From Desulfosoma sp. (lineage in GTDB: Bacteria; Desulfobacterota; Syntrophobacteria; Syntrophobacterales; DSM-9756), in assembly GCA_037481835.1 (NCBI GenBank), contig JBBFKW010000008.1, positions 1 to 64,000 on the forward strand: a stretch of 64,000 nucleotides of DNA. Reading direction: 5' to 3'. The position numbers and the translations under genes were made by a program. Positions 57,035 through 64,000 of this stretch are shown piece by piece (position 1 is the first letter of the stretch; each line of letters begins with the position of its first letter). The notes beneath the pieces were generated by a model, which had not been told where the DNA came from, did no database searches, and saw nothing but the letters and a program-made list of their open reading frames with translations.

Positions 57035-59125
57035 TCATTCTCCCTCCCCTTCCGACAGCGACTCAGCCTGTGCTTCTCGCCCCGGCGGCACTTCCAAAAC
57101 GAAAGTGACCCCTTGTCCTGGGGCGCTTTCCACCCAAATGCGGCCTCCGTGCCGCTCCACCACGGTCTTGGTGATGAAGAGCCCGAGGCCGGTGCCCCGC
57201 GTCGCGGAACGCCGCGCGGACGGCAATCGCTGAAACTTTCTAAAAAGACGCTTCTGCTCCTCTTCCGAAAGCCCTGGCCCCGAATTCCACACTTCGCACC
57301 GAAGCTGGCCCGCCCGTGTCGGGCGCGCCGTAATGAGGATCCTTCCGTGAGGCTCGCCGTATTTGACGGCGTTTCCCAAGAGGTTGGTGAAAACGCCCCG
57401 AAACAGTTCGGGGTCCAGGACCCACGTCAAATCTTCCGGGACATCCTTTTCCACGTGCATCCCCTTTTCCCGCAAAGCGGGTTCCAAACCCGAGAGCACG
57501 GGATTCAGCACCTCCCCATCCAGCCGCGCCGGCCGAGGCCGGACGGGAAACTCATCTTTTTCGATTCGGGACAGGTCCAGATAGTGGCGGATCATCTCCA
57601 TGGATTGATCCAAATTGTTGCAGATGGCCTCGACCATCCTTCTCTGCTCATCGGTCAGAGGCCCGAAGATTTCCTGCCGCAGGGCGTTGGCGCTCATGTA
57701 CCCGTTGGCGATGGGCGATTTGAGCTCGTGGGTGACGAAGCTCAGCATTTCCAGGTAATACCGGTTGAGGCGTTCCAATTCGCGATTGGCCGCGTTGAGA
57801 TGGTCGTTGGTCCGGACCAGAGCGTCCATGTGGGCCTTGAGTTCGCTGAGATCGTGGAAAAAGCCGACGACGGAATAGGCCTCGCCGTCTTCCGGAAGCA
57901 TGGTCGCCGAAAGACGGATGGGTAAAAGCCTCCCGTCCTTGGTCCGCACCGTGGTGTTGTAGTCGACGAGGACCCCTGTGCCGCCGTAGTCCTCGCTCAT
58001 GAGGGCCTTCTTGATGGCGGAGGCTTCTCCTTCGGGGTAGAAGTCCCGCACATTGAGCCTGTAGAGCGCTTCGGCCACCGTGTAGCCGAGCAGCCGCTGG
58101 GCTCCCGAATTGAAAAGGATCACGCGCCCCTTGGCGTCGTTGGCCACAATGCCGTCGGGGCACGCCTCCAGCAATCTTTCTTCAAACTCGTAGCGCTTTT
58201 TCAGCCGCTCCTGGTACGAGCGGATTTCGCTCGCCATGAAATGGAAGCTGTACAGGAGCCGAATGAGCTCGTTTTCGCCGACTTCTTTGGGCACGCGACA
58301 CAAGGCGCAGGCCCGGTGAGGGTCTTCCCGGCCTTCGGAGGGGGCGGCGCGCCAGGGGAAGAGCCGCTCGCGGCTGGAATCCAACAGATACGGGCACATG
58401 CCCGGCGCCGGATCCTCGCGACTCCACGTGCTCGCCACGAGCCCTTCGCGGCACAAAGGCGCGACGTCCACGCTTTTCAAGACGTCCTGCATGCGCCCTT
58501 GAGCCACCAGGTGGGTCATTTCCAGGAGCCGCTGCACCGGCTGGGTGATCCTCGCGGTGAACCATCGGCTGATAAAGTACCCGACGGTGAGGATGAGCGC
58601 CGTGATGAGCAAAAGGGTTTGCAGCAGCCGTTCCCGCAGAGGCTTCATGAGGGGAAGTCGGATGCCGGTGCGGATGACCAGCACAGCCCCCGTATCCGGC
58701 CGAGCCGCCGTGAGAATCAGCTCGTAGGAGGGGTCCCGCAGTCCTCCCGAGCGGCGAAGCACGAACCCTTCCTGCCGCCTTTGCTCCACCCATCGGGTGA
58801 CGGCCTCGTCGAAGTCTTCCCCCGTCGCAAAGAGCACGGCGCCGTGGGCGTCTTCCAAGCGCAGAGAACGAAAGCCGGGATAAAAGGAGAGCTTTTCCTG
58901 AAGGCGGCCCCCCAAATCCTGCATCTTCGTGCGCGGCGGGGCGGCCTCGACCCATCCCAAAAGCCGTTCGCCCAGCTCCTGCAGCTGATCCTCCACCTGA
59001 TCTTCCATCGCCGGCAGGATGGACATTCGAATCCCGAGCCAGGCCGCGGCAGCCACGGAAAAGATCATGGTCAGCGAAACCACACTGATGGTCGTCTTGA
59101 ACTTTAGCCGCTCCAGAAACTCCAT
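57035..59125 (-). CDS. Membrane sensor histidine kinase (2 TM, HAMP with Cys-rich insert, PAS, HisKA, HATPase)
   Basis: THELKSP, NLLGNAVKY, NSGPG, GTGLGL; two TM helices; PAS segment GIVAND..G.V..FN. Confidence 0.92.
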   Translation of the reverse strand: MEFLERLKFKTTISVVSLTMIFSVAAAAWLGIRMSILPAMEDQVEDQLQELGERLLGWVEAAPPRTKMQDLGGRLQEKLSFYPGFRSLRLEDAHGAVLFATGEDFDEAVTRWVEQRRQEGFVLRRSGGLRDPSYELILTAARPDTGAVLVIRTGIRLPLMKPLRERLLQTLLLITALILTVGYFISRWFTARITQPVQRLLEMTHLVAQGRMQDVLKSVDVAPLCREGLVASTWSREDPAPGMCPYLLDSSRERLFPWRAAPSEGREDPHRACALCRVPKEVGENELIRLLYSFHFMASEIRSYQERLKKRYEFEERLLEACPDGIVANDAKGRVILFNSGAQRLLGYTVAEALYRLNVRDFYPEGEASAIKKALMSEDYGGTGVLVDYNTTVRTKDGRLLPIRLSATMLPEDGEAYSVVGFFHDLSELKAHMDALVRTNDHLNAANRELERLNRYYLEMLSFVTHELKSPIANGYMSANALRQEIFGPLTDEQRRMVEAICNNLDQSMEMIRHYLDLSRIEKDEFPVRPRPARLDGEVLNPVLSGLEPALREKGMHVEKDVPEDLTWVLDPELFRGVFTNLLGNAVKYGEPHGRILITARPTRAGQLRCEVWNSGPGLSEEEQKRLFRKFQRLPSARRSATRGTGLGLFITKTVVERHGGRIWVESAPGQGVTFVLEVPPGREAQAESLSEGEGE

Positions 59126-59238
59126 GAGCACCCGTTCCGCAGAGGGTTCGCGTCGCGCTTCGGCCTCTCGTGCACTGGAGGACGGATCAGTGCGTTCAAC
59201 GTATCACAAACCACGGCCCCTGTCACACCCGTTTTGCA

Positions 59239-60519
59239 CTAAGGGCGCAGGATGGACGGGACCCAGAGGGTCAGAGGCGGCCATAGGGAGATGAAGGCGA
59301 GGTCCACAAGGAGCGCCACGAGAAAGGGCAGAATGCGCGCCACCACGGTTTCCAGCCGACATTGGGCGATGGTGCAGGAGACCACGAGACAGATGCCCAA
59401 CGGAGGGGTGAGCATGCCGATGGCCAGGTTCACCACGACGATGGCCCCCAACTGGGTGAGATCGATCCCCAGAGCCGGAACCAAAGGGAGAATGACGGGA
59501 ACAAGAAGAATGAGCGAGGCCGTGGTTTCCACGAAGGTTCCGGCGATGAGCAGGAGGAGGTTGATGAGCATGAGAAGGGCGATCGGGTGGGTCGTCACGG
59601 ACAAGAGCCCTTGAGCCAATCTACCCGGGATGTCCTCGATGGCCATGAACCAGCTGAAGATGGACGCCGTGGCGATGATAAACAGGATCAGGCTGCTGGT
59701 GAGGGCCGAGCGGATGAAAAGGTCGGGAAGGTCCTTCCAGCGCAGTTCGCGATGGACCCACAAGCCGACGAAAAGGGCGTAGAAGGTCGCCGCGGCCGCC
59801 GATTCCGTAGCGGTAAACACGCCGCTGAGGATCCCGCCCAGGATGACGACGGGAGCCCCCGCGGCCCACTTGGCATCCCACAGGGATCGGACGAAACGGC
59901 TCCAGGAAAAACGAACGATCGTGCTGTAACGATGTTTCCGGGAAAGCCATGTGGAGACGGCGATGAGACTCACGCCCATGAGCACGCCCGGGAGAATCCC
60001 GGCGGCGAAGAGCTTCCCGATGGATGCTCCCGTGAGAAAGCCGAAGATAATCATCGGGATGCTCGGCGGGATGACAACGCCTATGGATCCTCCGGCGGCC
60101 TGGACCGCCGCGGCGAACCCCTTGTCGTAGCCGCGGCGGATCATGGACGGGATGAGGATCGTTCCCACCGCCGCCGTGTCCGCGGCGGCCGACCCCGAAA
60201 TGCCCGCAAAAAACATGGCCGAAACCACGGCGACGGCCGCAAGCCCTCCGGGAAGCCAGCCCACGAGGGATTCGGCGAGCTGGACCACGCGGCGCGAGAT
60301 GCCCCCGGCTTCCATGAGGGATCCGGCGCACATGAAAAGCGGCACGGCCATGAGCGGGAAGGAATCCACGCCGGCGTAAAGGCGCTGGATGACCATCATG
60401 AGAGGCAAGTCTCCATGGAGCCACAGTGCCGCCAGGGAGGCCATGCCGATGGCCAAGGCGATGGGCGTGTTGGCCATGAACAAAACCATGAGGGTGACGA
60501 AAAGAATCAACGGCAGCAT
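59239..60519 (-). CDS. dctM: TRAP transporter large permease
   Basis: SFPLMAVPLF, ISGSAAAD, IPPSIPMI, GVFTATES, GMLTPP.G. Confidence 0.94.
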   Translation of the reverse strand: MLPLILFVTLMVLFMANTPIALAIGMASLAALWLHGDLPLMMVIQRLYAGVDSFPLMAVPLFMCAGSLMEAGGISRRVVQLAESLVGWLPGGLAAVAVVSAMFFAGISGSAAADTAAVGTILIPSMIRRGYDKGFAAAVQAAGGSIGVVIPPSIPMIIFGFLTGASIGKLFAAGILPGVLMGVSLIAVSTWLSRKHRYSTIVRFSWSRFVRSLWDAKWAAGAPVVILGGILSGVFTATESAAAATFYALFVGLWVHRELRWKDLPDLFIRSALTSSLILFIIATASIFSWFMAIEDIPGRLAQGLLSVTTHPIALLMLINLLLLIAGTFVETTASLILLVPVILPLVPALGIDLTQLGAIVVVNLAIGMLTPPLGICLVVSCTIAQCRLETVVARILPFLVALLVDLAFISLWPPLTLWVPSILRP

Positions 60520-60805
60520 CCCATCGCTCCAACGCCCAAGCCGCACCCCTCAGGCGCGGTCCTTCGCCCTTTTCCTTCGCCATGCTTGTCGCTGTGCGCT
60601 TCGCCTTTCCCTTCGCCGAATTGCAACATTAAAACCTCGCCCGCGGTTGGCCCGGCAGCCCGCCGCGCCATGCCCAGACACTCCTCGGCCATGAAAGAGC
60701 GCCCCACGCCGCATGGTCGCAGGCTCCCCGGTCCACGACTCACGCGACCGCCGGAGCCCTGCATCCTGCCCCTTGCCGTTTTCGGCCGTTCTTTTTCCTC
60801 CTCCG

Positions 60806-61297
60806 CTACCGCGGCGGCCCGGAATCCTTCGGCTTTCCGCTTTCGAGGGCAAGGCTTAAGGCATGGATGAGAAAAACAACCCCACTTAAAGGGATCACCG
60901 CATAAGGCAGGCCCATGGGAAGGCCCAGGGCCGCCGTCTTTTGGTGGGCGATAAAGCGGATGAACCGTACGCCGTATGCCATGAGGACCAGGAAAAAGAC
61001 GCTGGAAAGCCCCAACAGCACACGTTCCAGTGCCAGCCGCGCCGCCGGGGCCAATCGGCGAACGGCGACGTCGATGCCCACGTGGGCCCTTCTCCGATAG
61101 GCCGCCGTGGCTCCCAGGAAAGTGATCCACACAAGGAGGATCCGGCCCACTTCTTCGGACCAAAAAAGGGAGTGGTTCAGAGCGTAACGGAAAAACACCT
61201 GAAGGCCCGTGACCATGGCCATGGCCATGGCCAAAACCCCGACGGTGATTTCAATCCCGCGATTGATGCCGCGACTCAGCGCATGCACCCACTCCAT
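60806..61297 (-). CDS. dctQ: TRAP transporter small permease
   Basis: QVFFRY, WSEEVGR...WITFLGA, HVGID; four TM helices. Confidence 0.92.
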   Translation of the reverse strand: MEWVHALSRGINRGIEITVGVLAMAMAMVTGLQVFFRYALNHSLFWSEEVGRILLVWITFLGATAAYRRRAHVGIDVAVRRLAPAARLALERVLLGLSSVFFLVLMAYGVRFIRFIAHQKTAALGLPMGLPYAVIPLSGVVFLIHALSLALESGKPKDSGPPR

Positions 61298-61312
61298 GGG
61301 ACCTCCCCGCCG

Positions 61313-62311
61313 TCATTGGCCCCGAATTTTGGCCACGGCGTCCAGGAACAGCGCAAGCATGTCCTGGACCTTGGGGTCCTTATAGATCTCCAGATCCTTC
61401 AGTACGGCCGCCTTGGCCCGAAAAGAAGCCAGGTCCGGCGCTTCGTCCACGATCATGCCCGCCGCCTTCACCTTGGCCAGGAAGTCCGCTTCGTTGTCCC
61501 GATTCCATTTCCTCTGGTAAGCCGCCGCCTCCTTCATGGCTTGGACGATCATCTCCTGGTCCTTGGCGGGAAGGCTGTTGAACCAGTCCAGGCTGGCCAC
61601 GTCGATATGCGCCGAATACACATGCCCGGTCAAGGACATGTACTTTTGGACTTCGAAGAGCTTGTAATTCCAGATGACCCACAGGGGGTTTTCCTGAGCG
61701 TCGATGGTTCCCTGCTGCAGTTCGGTGTAAATGGGCCAGCCCATGGGCGTCGGGTTCGCCCCCAGCACGCGCCACAATTCCTTGTGCAGGATGGATTCCA
61801 TGACGCGGATCTTCAACCCCTTGACGTCGTCCACCGTGTGGACGGGCCGCACGTTGTTGGTCAGATGCCGGAAGCCGTTTTCCGAATAGGCCAGCCCTTT
61901 GAAGCGGGCCCTTTCCAGGGCCTTGAGGAGCGCCTGCCCGGCGGGGCCGTCCAGAATCTGGTCGGCTTCCCTATTGTTGGCGAAAAGGAAGGGGTAGTCG
62001 ATGACGCGGGCTTCGGGGACGAAAACGTCGAACGGTCCCGACGTGATGACCCCCATCTGCACGGAGTTCATTTGGATCTGCTGGAGGATTTCCGTTTCGG
62101 TGCCCAGGGAGGCGCTGTGGAAGATCTTGACCTCGTAGTCCGATCGGGATTCCACCAGCTCCTTAAACTTTTCCGCACACACGTTCTGCGCCGACCCCGG
62201 CTTGGTGACGACCCCCAGTTTGATCACCCCGCCCGCATGGGCGTCCGCGCCCCACGCCAGGAAAAGGCTGACCGTCAACACCGCCAAAAGCCGTGCCCCG
62301 TGCTTCTTCAT
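61313..62311 (-). CDS. dctP: TRAP transporter substrate-binding protein
   Basis: Signal peptide; PFLF, ENGFR, GLKIRV, LQQGTIDAQENP; ATG at 62311 overlaps the upstream stop (ATGA). Confidence 0.93.
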   Translation of the reverse strand: MKKHGARLLAVLTVSLFLAWGADAHAGGVIKLGVVTKPGSAQNVCAEKFKELVESRSDYEVKIFHSASLGTETEILQQIQMNSVQMGVITSGPFDVFVPEARVIDYPFLFANNREADQILDGPAGQALLKALERARFKGLAYSENGFRHLTNNVRPVHTVDDVKGLKIRVMESILHKELWRVLGANPTPMGWPIYTELQQGTIDAQENPLWVIWNYKLFEVQKYMSLTGHVYSAHIDVASLDWFNSLPAKDQEMIVQAMKEAAAYQRKWNRDNEADFLAKVKAAGMIVDEAPDLASFRAKAAVLKDLEIYKDPKVQDMLALFLDAVAKIRGQ

Positions 62312-63171
62312 GGCATCCTCCTTTCCTCGGTCTTGTCCTCCAGGCACCCATGCTGCGTGAGGTACTCCTTGGATGCCGCCACCACCTCATCCGGCGACCG
62401 TTCGCTGGACGGCACCGAAATGATCACGTGTCCTTCATAACCCCGTTCCTTGAGGCACCGGACGAAAGACAGGATGTCGAAAACCCCCTCCCCGAGCTGC
62501 GTATGGCGATGGGTTTCTCCTGCGGCAAGATCGGTGAGACGCACGAAGGCGATGTGGCTTTGAAGGCGGTCGAAAGCTTCACACGGGTCTTCCCCTTGGA
62601 GGACCCCGTAGGTGGGATCAAAGTCCACGGCCAGAGCCTCCGGTTCTTCCACTTCCTTGATGAATTCCAAAACCTGGGCGCTGGTGTGGATGAGCTGGTC
62701 CGGCTCGGGGCGAAAACACAGTTTCACGCCGAGCTTCTTGGCGATGGGGGTCACCCGGTGCATGTTGGCCACAAAGAGCCGCCACGCCTCCCGCTCGTTC
62801 ATGGACTCCGGGATGGGACCGCCGCCGTTGGTGGAGACCGTCGGGATGCCCAAAGCGGCCGCCAATCGCAGACAATCCAGCGTGTAGCGGATGCGCAATT
62901 CGCGCTCTTTCCAATCTTCCGCAAGCCAGTTGGGATGAGCCCCGTCGCCCAGAGCGCTCGCGTGCCAGCCGTTGAGGTTGACGACCTTGAGGTTTCGTTG
63001 TGCCAGGCACTGGCAGAGTTCGTCGATCGCCCCGGCTCGGAAATCTTCTGGAAAGAGATGGGGACGATCGGCCAGGAGTTCCACGCATCGGAAGCCTCCC
63101 TTGGCCACGGCGTCAAGAGCTTCCTTGAGGCTTTTGCGTCGAAAGGGCAGCGTGCTGTAGGCCCACTTCAT
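62308..63171 (-). CDS. Sugar-phosphate isomerase/epimerase (xylose-isomerase-like TIM barrel) family protein with substituted active site
   Basis: AYST, GF..VELLAD.PHL, R..RI.YT..C..LA..LG, H..LG.G..D; ATG at 63171. Confidence 0.75.
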   Translation of the reverse strand: MKWAYSTLPFRRKSLKEALDAVAKGGFRCVELLADRPHLFPEDFRAGAIDELCQCLAQRNLKVVNLNGWHASALGDGAHPNWLAEDWKERELRIRYTLDCLRLAAALGIPTVSTNGGGPIPESMNEREAWRLFVANMHRVTPIAKKLGVKLCFRPEPDQLIHTSAQVLEFIKEVEEPEALAVDFDPTYGVLQGEDPCEAFDRLQSHIAFVRLTDLAAGETHRHTQLGEGVFDILSFVRCLKERGYEGHVIISVPSSERSPDEVVAASKEYLTQHGCLEDKTEERRMP

Positions 63172-63209
63172 GATGTCTCTCCGTTCTCGGTTTGGAAGAA
63201 ACGCGCCCG

Positions 63210-64000
63210 TCACAGCTTCCGAAGAGCCGCGCGCCAATCCAAAGCCATGCATCCCTGAGCGTCCACCCGCACGGGGTTCATGTCCACTTCCGTGATCTGC
63301 GGAAAATCATAGAGGAACCATGAAAGCCGCACAATGGTTTCCAAAAGAGCATCTTCGTGCAAAGGCTTCCCCCCTCGAACGCCCCGAAGCACCGCCGCAC
63401 CCCGGCACCGCTCCACGAGCTCCCGAGCCTGTTCCTTATCCAAGGGGCCGATGCCCATGGCCGTTTCTTTGAAGACTTCCACGTAGACGCCCCCGAGGCC
63501 CACAAGGACGACGGGGCCGAAGTTATCGTCCTGACGGCCCCCGACGATCCATTCCATCCCGGGATCGGCCATCCTCTGGACGAGCACCGCCGGGCCGAAG
63601 CGGGCAAGCCGCCGGTAGGCGTCGCGGACGGCTTCCTCATCGGCGAGGTCGAGGGCCACCGCGCCCACATCGGTTTTGTGGACCACATGGGCGGCCGCCG
63701 TTTTCATGGCTACCGGATAGCCAAGACGCCCGGCGCAGCCCACCGCCTCGTCTTCGTGTGCGGCGATCGCCCACGGCACCGTGGGAATCCCGTAGCCGGC
63801 CAAAGCCGACGCCAAGGCGTCCGGGGCCACAGGCCCTTCGGCGCTCGCCGCCAGGGCGCGACGGGCTTTTTCGGGGTCCACGCCGTGAGGCCGCTTTTGA
63901 GCGAAAACGCGCCTCGGCTTTCCGCCGAAGTTCCGGTTCCAGGCGAGCGCCCGCAGAGCGTCGCGAGGGTCCGTAAAGAGGGGGTAGCCGGCGGTTTTTC
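63210..64000 (-). CDS. ADP-forming acetate/acyl-CoA ligase family protein, C-terminal ATP-grasp part (5'-truncated by window edge)
   Basis: Frame stays open to the window end (KTAGYPLFTDPRDALRAL...); YGIP, GYPVAMK, HKTDVG, FGPVVLVGLGG, EVDMNP. Confidence 0.88.
   Translation of the reverse strand, partial: KTAGYPLFTDPRDALRALAWNRNFGGKPRRVFAQKRPHGVDPEKARRALAASAEGPVAPDALASALAGYGIPTVPWAIAAHEDEAVGCAGRLGYPVAMKTAAAHVVHKTDVGAVALDLADEEAVRDAYRRLARFGPAVLVQRMADPGMEWIVGGRQDDNFGPVVLVGLGGVYVEVFKETAMGIGPLDKEQARELVERCRGAAVLRGVRGGKPLHEDALLETIVRLSWFLYDFPQITEVDMNPVRVDAQGCMALDWRAALRKL

Noticed and set aside
60550..60852. 100-aa ORF in the dctQ-dctM gap
   Set aside because: Arg/Gly-rich, no motifs, overlaps dctQ; more likely non-coding
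1..64000. CRISPR arrays, IS elements, prophage or defence islands
   Set aside because: No regularly spaced repeats, transposase, integrase or phage genes seen, and no obvious low-GC block; short dispersed repeats could be missed by eye

Overview
A gene-dense, GC-rich chromosomal window. Gene content suggests an anaerobic Desulfobacterota bacterium, possibly Syntrophobacterales-like (inference). I found no CRISPR array, transposase, integrase or prophage. The left half is mostly housekeeping: rnhA, a DHH phosphoesterase, tRNA-Gly(GCC), a Liv-type ABC importer divergent from putA, a RACo-like ASKHA protein, an aminotransferase, a peptidase, iscU-mnmA-mtaB and a minimal SufC/SufB (SMS-like) pair. 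The most notable locus is 28.5-37.3 kb. It is a minus-strand operon of TusA, a variant MvhD, two dissimilar HdrA proteins, a winged-helix protein, an HdrC-like protein, a half-degenerate CCG protein and DsrE, followed by a Cys-rich-PAS sigma-54 activator, with a second DsrE transcribed divergently. Two back-to-back sigma-54 promoters and two TGTT-N8-AACA enhancer-like sites are directly visible between the arms. At 39.4-45.8 kb is a cluster resembling the Rhodobacter furan/methyl fatty-acid (ufa) genes, including a DUF1365-methyltransferase fusion. Further right are a TetR-controlled RND pump, a molybdenum-ligand-less FDH/NuoG-like protein with an embedded GltD-like NADPH module, a histidine kinase with a Cys-rich insertion in its HAMP region, and a TRAP operon led by a TIM-barrel protein lacking the usual metal ligands. 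Several probable pseudo-enzymes are flagged. All family assignments come from motif recognition by eye; no database search was run.
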